Positions 39,041 through 49,833 of a stretch of 64,000 bases of DNA are shown here, piece after piece. Every line of letters begins with the position of its first letter. Position 1 is the first letter of the stretch. The stretch is from an uncultured delta proteobacterium (GTDB lineage: Bacteria; Desulfobacterota; Binatia; UBA9968), in NCBI GenBank assembly GCA_963737905.1, contig CAVTUQ010000007.1:192001-256000 (forward strand). Reading direction: 5' to 3'. Made by a program: the position numbers and the translations under genes. A model generated the notes under the pieces. It ran no database searches. It saw only the letters and a list, made by a program, of their open reading frames with translations, and was not told the origin of the DNA.

Positions 39041-39248
39041 TTGAGACGTGGAGAGTGAATTTGTTCGCAATACGGGTGCGCTTCACTCCCATCCCTTGCG
39101 CAGCGGTTTAGTTCAGTAGTAGACGGTGGAGAGATAGGCGTAGTTGTGGCAGGTTTTGATGTGGGAAAGAAGGCTTCGGACTTCATCGCCGCTTAAGACT
39201 GGCGGGCAGGCATCGCTCAGTTCTCAACGAACTGGACGAGGAGGGTAA

Positions 39249-40317
39249 ATGGCGCTGTATTACGGAATTTTGCGAGGACGGGTCGATATCTTCAAGCGTG
39301 AGGAGGATCTCAGCACGCCGCATCTTCAGATTCGCCTGGTCGATGGTCACAGCCAGGCGTGGCGTGTGCCGGTCAATGTCTTATCCGGAGACCAGTCGCG
39401 GGTGATCTTTCACCGGGCGGACCCGCTGCAGAACCACCCTATTCTGGCGGCACTGCCACAAGTCACGGCCGGGTTCACACTACTCCCGCCAGCCGCGCGC
39501 TCCGCTTCCTCTGCGTTGGACTATTTTCGGGCCCCCTTGTTCGACTGGCCGACTGGCGTGGCTATTCCTCCGACCGGCCCGGGCGCGACCGACGATCTGC
39601 AAGATGTATTGGTCGCTTATCTGAAGCAACTGCGAGATCAGGACGGTGAACTTTTCGTCTTCGGAGCCAAATTCCCGGAGCCCGGCCAACAACCTAACCC
39701 GCGGCCGATCGACCACGAGTTTCACACTGTCCAAGGGGTCCATGATGTACACATGAACCAGGGCAATCCGAAGCCCGGTTCCTTCGCCGATGATAACGGC
39801 GTGTTCCAGGACGGCGGGTTGGTTCTGAGATTCGGATCCCGAGACGTCGGACTCTTTCTCAGGTTTGAGACGCAGTGGCTGCCAACCGACAACGCTACCG
39901 GGCACCGCTTGCCGGGGGCCCAGCCGATCCCTGCAGGGGGTTCGCCTGCTCCAGGCGGTGGCGGCTGGGCCGACACCCGTAACCCATCCGATCGTGTATA
40001 TCGAACGAGCCCTCGTCAATCCCCAGGGAGACGATCCCGGCAAAGAAGTTGTCGTGATCGGAAACACGACCACAGCGCCAGTAGATCTGACCGGCTGGAG
40101 CATCACGGACAGAAATAACAATATCGAAACCTTGCATGGCGTGCTGTTACCGGGCGGGGAGTCCCGCGCGGTGTTCTTGTCGGGGAATACGGTTCAACTC
40201 AGCAACAAGGGCGGAACGATCACATTGAAAAATCCTGCGGGCGAGCAGGTCCATGCGGTCAGTTACTCGAAAGAGGACGCGGGACAAGAAAACCGCTACA
40301 TTCGGTTCAACACCTGA
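39249..40317 (+). CDS. YukJ/DUF2278 protein fused to a lamin-tail domain; frameshift near 39965
   Basis: YGILRG, PHLQI, ALDYFR, GVHDVHMNQGN and QDGGL; LTD (IERALVNPQGDD..EVVVIGNTT..VDLTGWSI..LSNKGGTITL) lies in the next frame. Confidence 0.8.
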
Positions 40318-40357
40318 GCCGGAGACGCCACGACATTGGCAAAATCAGATCTATGAT

Positions 40358-41500
40358 ATGAAGCAAACCGTTCCAACGGTAAAAAAACAAGGTATCCCCA
40401 AGGATTCAAATCAACTGCCAATTGAGCTCTCGATTGTCGTTCCGACGTTTAACGAAAAAGACAACGTGGAAAAACTGATTGAGGGCATCGAGCAAGCTCT
40501 GGCTCACGTTAGATGGGAGATCATTTTCATCGACGACGACTCTCCAGACGGAACGGCTGATTTCGTACGCGGCCTAGCCCAATCGAAATCGCACGTTCGT
40601 TGTCTCCAACGGATTGGTCGCCGGGGTCTTTCAAGAGCCGTTATCGAGGGAATCCTCAGCAGTAGCGCTCCCGTGGTCGTCGTCATGGATGCCGACCTAC
40701 AGCATGACGAGACCATTCTTCCGACGATGTTGGATCAAATAAGGAACAACGAAACAGACATCGTCATTGCAAGCCGTTACTGCGCTGGGGGCAGTATGGG
40801 CCCATGGAATGCGCAAAGAGCGGCCATGAGCCGATTGGCCACCCTTCTGAGTCGAAGCCTCGTGAGCCCGCAGTTAACCGACCCTATGAGCGGTTTTTTT
40901 ATGATTCAGCGCGAGACGTTCCATCGGATCGTTCGGCGCCTGTCGGGAGAAGGTTACAAGATCCTACTCGACCTGGTCGCTTCTTCGCCAGAGCCTTTGC
41001 GCCTTGTCGAAGTGCCGTATGCTTTTCGGGAGCGTGTGGCGGGTGAAAGCAAACTCGACTCGGCAGTCGTCTGGGAGTATTTGCTGCTCGTGGTTGATAA
41101 AAAATTCGGCCACATTCTACCGGCTCGGTTCATATTGTTTTCGTTAGTGGGGCTGACCGGAGTCGCCGTTCACTTTCTTGCTTTGGCGATAACTTTCAAA
41201 TTTCTGGGTCTAAACTTTTCTATTGCCCAGACCGTCGCCACGTTGAGCGCGATGACATCTAACTTTGCGTTGAACAACATTTTAACTTACCGTGACATGC
41301 GCCTGCGCGGGCGGAGATTTATGACGGGCTTGTTCACATTTTACTTGGTGTGCGGCATCGGTGCGATAGCCAACGTCGGGATCGCGAACTTCGTGTTCCG
41401 ACGCGATTACACATGGTGGCTTGCCGGCGGCGCCGGCGCTCTCGTTGGCACAGTTTGGAATTATGCGGCCTCGTCAATCCTAACTTGGGGGCGCAAATGA
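40358..41500 (+). CDS. Polyprenol-phosphate mannosyltransferase-like GT2 fused to GtrA
   Basis: VVPTFNE, DDDSPDGT, MDADLQH, TDPMSGFF and GESKL; C-terminal 4-TM GtrA domain (NFALNN.LTY). Confidence 0.9.
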   Translation: MKQTVPTVKKQGIPKDSNQLPIELSIVVPTFNEKDNVEKLIEGIEQALAHVRWEIIFIDDDSPDGTADFVRGLAQSKSHVRCLQRIGRRGLSRAVIEGILSSSAPVVVVMDADLQHDETILPTMLDQIRNNETDIVIASRYCAGGSMGPWNAQRAAMSRLATLLSRSLVSPQLTDPMSGFFMIQRETFHRIVRRLSGEGYKILLDLVASSPEPLRLVEVPYAFRERVAGESKLDSAVVWEYLLLVVDKKFGHILPARFILFSLVGLTGVAVHFLALAITFKFLGLNFSIAQTVATLSAMTSNFALNNILTYRDMRLRGRRFMTGLFTFYLVCGIGAIANVGIANFVFRRDYTWWLAGGAGALVGTVWNYAASSILTWGRK

Positions 41501-41821
41501 TACAGCATCGCAGATCATATCTTGCCAAGAGTGGTTCTGGCCGCCATTGCCTAGGATGATTACGATCGAGCTCCCCGAGGATGGTTTCGCGGGCTTTGAA
41601 CCTCCCGGCCCTGGTGTTGGGAATGATCAGGCTGGCAGGAGTGGAACAGGCGTGGTAGCTATTCGGCATGAGCGGTCGCTGCGGATAATTTGACGGAGCT
41701 TTTCCTTCGGAACAGCCATTTACCTTGCTCTGGTGTTTGGGAATTACGATGGACTGACCGTTAGAGTTTCCTGCCCATAGTCTCATCAATTCGACTACAC
41801 GTTAGGAAGGAGGTAGTTTCC

Positions 41822-42709
41822 ATGACGATGAGTGCCATCGATACAGTTAAGCGCGTTGCTCCCGGCGCATGCGCCAACTACCTCGAGGCGATCCGCCAAG
41901 GGGACCCGCTGTTCGCGCACCACGGCATCACGACGCCGCTCCGTATGGCGCATTTCCTGGCTCAAGCCTTGCACGAAACAGGTGGATTCAAGGTCCTGCG
42001 CGAGAACATGAACTACTCGGCGGCGCGACTGATGGAGATTTTTGGGGTCAATCGTCATTCTGCTGCGGTGACCGCGGCAGAGGCTGCTAGGCTCGCTAAT
42101 CATCCGGAAGCGATTGCTGAAAGAGTCTATGGCCTCGGCAACCCCAGAAAGGCCCGCGAACTCGGCAATACGGAACCGGGCGACGGCTTTCGCTATCGGG
42201 GCAACGGAGTCCTGCAAACGACCGGTCGGGGCAATCACCGCCGCGTCGGAGCAGCCTGCGGGATCGATTTCGAAGCCAGTCCGGATTTGGTGACAGCTCC
42301 TGAACACGCTCTTAAGCCTGCTTTATACGAGTGGAGTCGGAGTAATCTGAATTCTTTCGCGGACAAAAACGACATCCGCACCATCACCCTCCGCATCAAC
42401 GGCGGCTTCAACGGACTCCGCGAGCGTGAAGCCTGGTTTGATAAGTTATGGCCCTTGCTGAAGGAGCAGAGCCAGCCGGCAGAACCCTGGGAAGCAAGCG
42501 ATGAGGATGACAAAGTGAAGCGGCTTCAGCAAAACCTCAACGACCTTGGTGCAGACCCCAAGCTCGTCGTTGATGGGCGCTACTGCCCAGCCACACGGCA
42601 GGCGGTGAGAGTTTTCCAACGTGCCGCGGGCATGCCTGCCGACGGCATCGCCGGGCCTGTTACGGAGGCTGCGATCAAGATGAGGCTCGATACGATCAGG
42701 GGAGCCTAA
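41822..42709 (+). CDS. GH19 chitinase/lysozyme-type muramidase with C-terminal peptidoglycan-binding domain
   Basis: AHFLAQALHETGG..ENMNYSA, LGNTEPGDGFRYRG.G..Q.TGR.N and INGGFNGL; VKRLQQNL..DG.Y..T..AV..FQ..ADGIAGP.T. Confidence 0.9.
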   Translation: MTMSAIDTVKRVAPGACANYLEAIRQGDPLFAHHGITTPLRMAHFLAQALHETGGFKVLRENMNYSAARLMEIFGVNRHSAAVTAAEAARLANHPEAIAERVYGLGNPRKARELGNTEPGDGFRYRGNGVLQTTGRGNHRRVGAACGIDFEASPDLVTAPEHALKPALYEWSRSNLNSFADKNDIRTITLRINGGFNGLREREAWFDKLWPLLKEQSQPAEPWEASDEDDKVKRLQQNLNDLGADPKLVVDGRYCPATRQAVRVFQRAAGMPADGIAGPVTEAAIKMRLDTIRGA

Positions 42710-42724
42710 GAGGAGAGGGTTTCT

Positions 42725-43501
42725 ATGCGGGGTTTGAGAGCTATCCTGGCTATCGCCACACTGGTTGCTCCGGGCATTGTGGCCGGGACAAGCTTCGACT
42801 GTTCGAAAGCCCGCACCGACGTCGAGAAGACCATCTGTGCGAGCGCTGCGCTCTCTGGTTTAGATGATCAGCTCGCCAAAGCGTATGAATCGGCTATTTT
42901 GTTGAGTGACAATCCTGGCCGGCTCAAAAACCAGCAAAGGGAGTGGCTACGCAACGTCAGAAACAGGTGCCAGGGCGAGACTTGCCTGAAGGCTGCCTAT
43001 GAGACCAGGCTGGCTCAATTGTCCACGACAAAGCAGGTAGAATGGAATACTTTCCGTGATACCAATCTAGGCATCGAGTTCTCCTACCCAAGCAGCCGAA
43101 AACTGAAGGTCGGCTGTCGCGGTAGCAAGAACTGCATCGCCCTTCTCGGCAACCCCATGCCCAATAGCGAATACCTGATTGCGTTCGAAGTATTTGACGG
43201 TGGCCTAGAGAAGGTCGCTGCAGAGAAAGCCGTTTTCGAAAAGAAAAACGACAGCTGGATTGCTAAAGGGCGCTTTGCTGAACATCCGGTGGTGGAGATG
43301 GTAGGACCTGGTTGGCAGGGCCTCAAGTCGACGGTGGACTGTGGAATTTCCGGCGGCAACGGTTTTCATGCCGGCGCGGGTGAATGCATGTGGGTAGTGA
43401 TGAGTAACGGCGAACGCTCTGTGGTGGTGGATACTCAAGGTATTGTCGGGATCGATGAAGCGTCGATGCGCTCGATCCAGTCCGTCCGATTTAGCAAGTA
43501 A
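42725..43501 (+). CDS. Exported lysozyme inhibitor LprI (DUF1311) family protein
   Basis: Signal peptide; SFDCSKA.T.VEKTIC....LS.LD..LAKAY, QREWL..RN.C....CL..AY..R. Confidence 0.85.
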   Translation: MRGLRAILAIATLVAPGIVAGTSFDCSKARTDVEKTICASAALSGLDDQLAKAYESAILLSDNPGRLKNQQREWLRNVRNRCQGETCLKAAYETRLAQLSTTKQVEWNTFRDTNLGIEFSYPSSRKLKVGCRGSKNCIALLGNPMPNSEYLIAFEVFDGGLEKVAAEKAVFEKKNDSWIAKGRFAEHPVVEMVGPGWQGLKSTVDCGISGGNGFHAGAGECMWVVMSNGERSVVVDTQGIVGIDEASMRSIQSVRFSK

Positions 43502-43632
43502 ATGCCAATCCAGGCGCTGCCGCGGCCAACGCACTGCGCGCGGGACTCGGAGTGTGGGTTGGCTATGTTTTCACCGTACGACGCTTATAGTTCTAATATC
43601 TCGCCGGTTGACCGGCGCACAAAGGAGACACT

Positions 43633-43926
43633 ATGGCAATCCGACTCATTGTAACGATCACGGCGGGGCCGGGAAGGGGCGCCGAGCTCGCGCAGGCGTA
43701 TAGAGGCCGTTGCGCAGAGATAATGAAAGAGCCCGGCTGCGAACAGTTCGAGGTCTTTCAGAGCGTCATCAATCCCGACAAGCTGGCGCTGCTCGAGCGC
43801 TGGACCGACCAGGCAGCGTTGGACGTGCATGCACAATTGAACAGCACTCGTCCCCCGCTGCCGCCCGAGCTGCGAGCGGGGGGCAGACCCGAGCGCGAAG
43901 ACTACCAGTATAACCGCACGCGCTAG
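43633..43926 (+). CDS. Antibiotic biosynthesis monooxygenase (ABM) family protein
   Basis: EPGCEQFEVFQS..ALLERWTDQAALDVH. Confidence 0.85.
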   Translation: MAIRLIVTITAGPGRGAELAQAYRGRCAEIMKEPGCEQFEVFQSVINPDKLALLERWTDQAALDVHAQLNSTRPPLPPELRAGGRPEREDYQYNRTR

Positions 43927-43986
43927 CGGTCTCGTGACGGTAGACCTAAGGGGCTAACAAAACCTTGGACGCGGCGTGCTTTAAGC

Positions 43987-45405
43987 TCATAGACCGGGCC
44001 CGGGGGTGGCTGTGGCTTCCAGAACCGCTTCGCGCCACTCTCGCTTTAGCGGAAGGACCGGCGGCATCGGTGAGACGTCGGGCGCCGCGGTGGGTTCGGC
44101 GATCGCCTCCTTGCGATCGGTAGCAGAGCCCTTCTTCATGAACAGGTTGTAGATCGACCATTGGAGCCGGCTACGCTTTCCCCGAACCGGGAAGCGCCGA
44201 ACCATGGACGATGGCGTGTAAAAATTCTTGTAGGCGGATTCTTGACCCAGCCGGAGTTCGTCTCCCGACATCTGCGCCGGTCGATAGACGACGTTTGCCT
44301 GGTCATATTTGGTCCAATCAAAGGAGACAATCCGATTGGCCTTCTTCATTTCGTACCACGTCAAGGTGCCTGGATAGGGGGTGAGGACCGAAAAAGCGCA
44401 GGCATCGTAGTTCGCATCAATGCAGAACTTTACCGTTTCCTCAAATACCGAAGGATCGTCGCCATCGAACCCGAACATGAAAAGGCCGAAAACCATGATT
44501 CCATAGGAGTGTACCTTCTCAACGAGTGAAATAAATGTCTCGGGCCGGTTCACATGCTTGTGCACGCTGGTGAGGGTGGAGCGCGTGATCGACTCGAAAC
44601 CGATGCTCATCAAGGTGCAGCCGCTTTCGGCGGCGAGTTCCAGCATTCGATCATCCTGTGCGAGCTTAGAGGTCACTCCAGCTTGCCAGTGAACCCCTCG
44701 GCCCTTGAGCGCACGCATGACTTCCTTCGGACGCTCGGGCGTGCCAAAGAAGTCGGAATCATTGATCGAGATCATACGCGACTCGCAAGCGTCCACTTCG
44801 CGCATCACCTCGTCGATTGGACGGTAGCGGAACTTGAGCCCGTTCATCAGCGGCTCGCAGCAGAACGTACAGCCCTGGTGGCAGCCGCGAGAGGTTTGCA
44901 CAAACGTGCAGTTGACATAGCGATGCTTCTTGATCAGATCATACCGCGGCATCGGCAAGCCCACCATCGGGTGCAGCTTCTCCGATTTGTAAGTACCGCG
45001 CATCTCGCCACGCTCGAGATCGTCCAGGAGCTTATCCATCACAAGCTCCACTTCTCCGATTACCACGGCGTCGCAATGCTTGAGCGCCTCCTGCGCCATA
45101 AAGCTTGGATGCACACCGCCCATCACCACCGGTACCCCGCGCGCCCGGAAAGCGTCGGCAATCTCGTAGCCGCGGTTGACGTACGCCGTCATCGCCGAGA
45201 TGCCGATGAGGTCAGCCTTCAGGTCGAAATCGATAGATTCGATGTTCTCATCGGTCATCACGACCTCATAGCGGTCACGCGGAATCGCGGCTGCCACGGC
45301 TATTAAGCCCGCAAGGGGCGAATAAAGCGCCCGATTGAAGTAGAGTGTGCGTGTGGTCAACGAATGAGTTTTTGGATTGATGAGATGTATAACCCGATGA
45401 CGCAT
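43987..45405 (-). CDS. B12-binding domain radical SAM protein
   Basis: VVMGGVHPS, VVIGE, SRGCHQGCTFC (CX3CX2C), IGFES and PYPGT. Confidence 0.92.
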   Translation of the reverse strand: MRHRVIHLINPKTHSLTTRTLYFNRALYSPLAGLIAVAAAIPRDRYEVVMTDENIESIDFDLKADLIGISAMTAYVNRGYEIADAFRARGVPVVMGGVHPSFMAQEALKHCDAVVIGEVELVMDKLLDDLERGEMRGTYKSEKLHPMVGLPMPRYDLIKKHRYVNCTFVQTSRGCHQGCTFCCEPLMNGLKFRYRPIDEVMREVDACESRMISINDSDFFGTPERPKEVMRALKGRGVHWQAGVTSKLAQDDRMLELAAESGCTLMSIGFESITRSTLTSVHKHVNRPETFISLVEKVHSYGIMVFGLFMFGFDGDDPSVFEETVKFCIDANYDACAFSVLTPYPGTLTWYEMKKANRIVSFDWTKYDQANVVYRPAQMSGDELRLGQESAYKNFYTPSSMVRRFPVRGKRSRLQWSIYNLFMKKGSATDRKEAIAEPTAAPDVSPMPPVLPLKREWREAVLEATATPGPGL

Positions 45406-45581
45406 ATGACGGCTCCTCCCCGCGCTTGCGCTCGCATCAGCAATTGCTCTTGATAGGAAGCTCCTTTTTAGGTGTCAGCGCAAGACAACTATCTCTCAGT
45501 ATCCGATTTTGGGCGCCTATGTCAACCTGTTTTCGGCTTAGCTGATGAATAGTCTAGGTGCACATCTTTTCGGGTTTGTGC

Positions 45582-47806
45582 TCAAACATCATGCTTAGGA
45601 TTAGGCGCATCACGCCGCGTGTTCAGGTGGGCGACGACTAGCCGGATCTGTTCATAGGTCACCTTGCCACCAAGGCGCTCGAAGACAGGCTGCAGGTATT
45701 CGGTGCCCAACTCTTTCACGGCGTCGGCAATTGATCGATATGTCTTTTGATTGATCCAGGGCTCCAATCCCTCCGGGCGGCGATTTTGGATAAACTCTGC
45801 GAGGTAGCCCCAGGTCGTGCCAAGGGCGCGGCCGGTTCGCTTTGTGACTTGTTCCACGCTGGCACCGTTGACGAACAATTCAAAAGCTGTCTCTTTCGAC
45901 ATCGTTCGGCTTGCGGACGCGTTCGCGATGGGGACGACTGCTGAGGGCGGCGTCCAGCGGCAAGTTCCGTGGGCACGACAATAGGTCGCGATGAGCTCAA
46001 GGAAAGTTGTCCGAGGTCGGCGAGCTTGCGCTCGCCGACACCACGAATACCGAGGAGTGCGGACGCTGATCCTGGTCGGGCTCTTGCCATGTCGCGCAAA
46101 GTGTCGCGTCGCTGAATAGGACGTAAGCGGGCACGTTCCGCTCGTCGGCGATTTGTCGCCGTAAAGTCCGAAGACTATCGAACAAACCGACGATCGACTC
46201 TCTCCCAAGACTGTTCGTCGAAGCGGGGCTTGCCGACCTCTGCCTTTGGCTGCAGCAACCGCACGGTGCGTTTGCCGCGCAATACCGTCCACGATGCGTC
46301 GTTAAGGCGAAGAACCGGGCGTTCCTCCGCGCGTCCGCTCAAGTAGGCCGTCATCAAGAGTTGGTAGAGCATATTGGTCAGCGTCTTGCGCTTCGTACCC
46401 TTCATCAAGCCGTAGGTACTAAGCTGCTCGTGGCGCCAGCGGCGCACGCGTTCGGTATCGGCGCCCAACAGCACATCCACGATATGCTCGGCGCCAAAGC
46501 GCTCGCCCACGCGCGCCACGCACGACAGGATCTTTTGCGCTGTGACCGTCGCGTCCGCAAGGCCTTCCACCTCGTTGAGACAGAGGTCGCAGGCGTCGCA
46601 GCTCGTCTTCGAGTATTCCTGCCCGAAGTATTCGGACAGCTTGCGGTGGCGGCAATGAACCCCGGTAGCAAAATCGGCGCATGTGTTCGAGCAGCTCGCG
46701 CGCCGCGGCGATCACCTCGCTAGGGGCGCCGGCTTCGGCGGCGCTTTTCTCGATCAGCGATTCCCAACGAATGACATCAGCGGCTGAGTAAAGCAGTACG
46801 CACTCCGCCTCTAGCCCATCACGCCCGGCGCGGCCGGTTTCCTGCTGGTAGTGCTCGATCGATTTAGGCATTGCGGCATGGATGACGCAGCGAACGTCGC
46901 TCCGGTCGATACCCATGCCGAACGCTACCGTCGCCGCGACCACGTCGATTTCCTCCGCCGCAAAGGCGTCCTGTGTTCGGCGCCGTTCCTCCGCCTCCAT
47001 GCCAGCGTGGTAGAAAGCAGCGCGCAGCCTATTGGCTTGCAACCACTCCGCCATGGCTTCGGTGTCCTTGCGGCTGATGCAATAGACGATCGCTGCCTCG
47101 CCCGGGCGACGCCGCAGTACTTGCAGCACCTGCATTTGCGCATCGACGCGGGGAACGATGCGATACATTAGGTTGGGACGGTCGAACGTGCCGACCAACA
47201 CCGCCGGGTTCTGCAGACGCAACTGCTCGGCGATGTCCGCGCGCACGCGCGCGGTGGCCGTCGCCGTATAGGCGTGTACGCTGGCCTGCGGAAAACGGGT
47301 CTTGAGTTCGGCGAGCTGGCGGTACTCCGGCCGAAAGTCGTGACCCCAGTGGCTGATGCAATGCGCTTCATCGATGGCGAATGCCTGGACCTGCAAACGC
47401 TCGATGACCTGCAGAAAGCGCGGCGTCAGCAGGCGCTCGGGCGCGACGAATACCAGGCGATAGCGGCCGGCCGCGATCTGCGCTTCGGTCTCCCGGATGG
47501 CATCGAGAGGCATGCCGCTGTATAGGGCTCGCCGCCGGATAGCCGGATTCACGCAGCCCGTCGACCTGATCCTTCATCAATGAGATGAGCGGCGAGACCA
47601 CGATATCGGTCCGCTGCGCCAGCTCGGCGGGAACCTGGTAACAGAGCGACTTTGCCGCCTCCTGTCGGCATGACGACGAGCGAGTCGCGCCGCTCGAGTC
47701 CCGCCCGAATCGCTTGCTCTTGCAGCGGGCGCAGCTCGGAGAATCCCCAGTAACGGCGCACCGTGGCGAGGATGTCAGCGGTCGAGTAGTGTCTCGGTTG
47801 GCTCAT
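45582..47806 (-). CDS. recQ: DNA helicase RecQ, multiple frameshifts
   Basis: [59 protein letters not shown] and HRDC domains, spread over about 6 ORF pieces. Confidence 0.9.
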
Positions 47807-47896
47807 GCTCTTTTCGCTACGATCCAAATCAATGCATGAGACGCTCGAATGAGTCAATGAGCAGATCGTGGGAGACGCCGAAAAGCGGGTTTGAAA

Positions 47897-48611
47897 CTAA
47901 ATTCCTTCCCCCATGCCTCTCTGCGTGCCCTGGATCGGTGTCCGGTTCCATTCCAGGGCCTCATCGATCTTGCGCGGGAAAGGGGGCTTCCGAGAGGTCA
48001 TGAATTGGACGAATTCATCTCTGGTGGAAATGAGCATCCTAGAGTTGGTTTTCTTCTCATCCCCCAGCGTTGAAACAGCCTCCCGGTAGTCATGGCCGGG
48101 ATAAACGCGAATCTGATCGCCGAGGGTTTTGAGCTTCGCCAAACTGTCGTACTGCCAGTCGGCATTGCCCCCGGGCAGATCGGTCCTGCCGCAACCCCCT
48201 ATCAAAAGTGTGTCGCCGGTGAAGATTCGGTCCTTGAACAGCAGACACATGGCATCCTGCTGTGTGACCGGGAGTGTAAATGACTTTGAGTGAAAGTTGG
48301 CCGAATTTAATCTCTTGTCCGTCTTCGAGTCTTACATCCACGTAGGGCGCCTCGGTGGCGCGGTGCATGACGACTTGGATGCCGTAGCGCTCGCGCATCA
48401 CTTTGCAGGCGGAATTGTGGTCGGCATGGGTGTGGGTGTCGATGGCGTAAAGAAGCTTCGACCCGAAGAAACGCGCCAGCTCGACGTAGTCGTCGGCTTT
48501 GTCGATCTCCGGGTCGATGACAACGCCAACTTTCCCTTGCTTGCAGCCGAGGATATAAGAAAGACAGCCGCTTGAGCGGATCTGTTCGAAGAAGATTTCT
48601 TCTCCAGCCAT
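47897..48611 (-). CDS. MBL-fold metallohydrolase, persulfide dioxygenase (ETHE1)-like; frameshift near 48255
   Basis: CLSYILG, DTHTHADH, TPGHT, FTGDTLLIGGCGRTD and YPGHDY. Confidence 0.85.
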
Positions 48612-48626
48612 AGGGAGTGCCGGCAA

Positions 48627-49181
48627 TCAGACTTTGGCGACTGTTCCTTTTTCCATATTGTAACGGTAACGGTCGATTTTTTCGAGGTCGTAACTCAAGA
48701 AACGGAAAATCACCCCAGGTCCTTCGACAGCGTTGGTGGAGTGGATATCCCCCGGAAGATAAGGCACGACCACTCCAGGAGTGAGGCGATCAAGCCTTTC
48801 TTTCTCCAGCGCGGCGACGCCAGGCCGTGAACCGTCGTCGGTGCGTTGGTATTTCGTGATTTCCGTAACACCCTTATAGGATCCATAAACGACCCAACAC
48901 GGCCCGTGATCGTGGGGCTTGTTGCCGTGACCCTGTTTGTGGATGTGACCCATCTGAATGAAGCCATAATCCGGATCGCGGTAAAGCTCTCGAGAAGGCT
49001 TCCCGTCTCGGATCAACTCCGCCATCCACGGATCATCCGGACGAGTCGTTGCAAAAAGTTTTTCCATCAAGGCTTTCACCTTGAAGGGCAATTGGGGGTC
49101 CTTGCCATTACCCCACACGGCCCGAACTTCCGCAATGTATTTGTCTAGGGTGTTATCGGCTCTTTGTTCCTGTACAGCCAT
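48627..49181 (-). CDS. Cupin, cysteine/thiol dioxygenase-like
   Basis: PHDHGPCWVVYG..G ... PGDIHS 3-His pattern. Confidence 0.65.
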   Translation of the reverse strand: MAVQEQRADNTLDKYIAEVRAVWGNGKDPQLPFKVKALMEKLFATTRPDDPWMAELIRDGKPSRELYRDPDYGFIQMGHIHKQGHGNKPHDHGPCWVVYGSYKGVTEITKYQRTDDGSRPGVAALEKERLDRLTPGVVVPYLPGDIHSTNAVEGPGVIFRFLSYDLEKIDRYRYNMEKGTVAKV

Positions 49182-49320
49182 ACGCGCCTCCTCTTTTGTT
49201 TACAATTGTTTTTATCATTTTTATCGACCGGCCGTCCAGGCCATCGGCGCTGGTTTCCGCTCGATTGACAGGGCGAGGGCGCCTCTGGTACCTGTGAAGA
49301 AGACGTAAATGCCAAAAAAT

Positions 49321-49800
49321 ATGGCCATCGAATCACAAGAGCTGCGGCGAATACTAGGTCACTTTGTGACTGGCGTCACCGTGATCACGACGAAAGACGA
49401 TGCCGGCTCTCCTTTTGGTCTCACAGCCAACGCCTTTACCTCGTTATCTCTCAATCCACCGCTGATCCTGATTTGCGTCGACAAGGCAGCCCAGTGCTAT
49501 TCGTGCTTTGTTGAATCCAATGTTTTTACGGTCAACTTTCTCCATGAAGATCAAGAAGAGATCTCGCGCCGCTTCGCCACCAAGGGCGCCGATAAGTTCG
49601 CCGGCTTGACTTGGCACGAAGGCGCTCACGGCGCCGCCGTCTTGGACGGCGCTATCGGTTATCTCGAATGCAAGATCGTGCAGAGCTATGAAGGGGGTGA
49701 TCACACCATTATCGTGGCCGAAGTGCTGGCCGGCTTCGCTAGCCACGACCGGCCTTTACTCTTCTTCAGAGGCAAGTATCATCGGATGCCCAACACTTAG
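49321..49800 (+). CDS. Flavin reductase family protein
   Basis: FVTGVTVITT, GLTANAFTSLSLNPPL and GGDHTI. Confidence 0.92.
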   Translation: MAIESQELRRILGHFVTGVTVITTKDDAGSPFGLTANAFTSLSLNPPLILICVDKAAQCYSCFVESNVFTVNFLHEDQEEISRRFATKGADKFAGLTWHEGAHGAAVLDGAIGYLECKIVQSYEGGDHTIIVAEVLAGFASHDRPLLFFRGKYHRMPNT

Positions 49801-49833
49801 GGGCTGCTCCTTGTGAACCCTGGCGCGGGCAGG

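Noticed and set aside
39100-39180. tRNA-like start GCGGTTTAGTTCAGTAGTAGA
   Set aside because: No T-arm (GTTCRA), anticodon stem or acceptor-stem complement follows
41334-41789. 151-aa minus-strand ORF and other short antisense or overlapping ORFs in the track
   Set aside because: No recognisable motifs; they overlap well-supported genes and are probably shadow ORFs
41822-43501. Prophage lysis module
   Set aside because: No holin, spanin, structural or phage replication genes nearby
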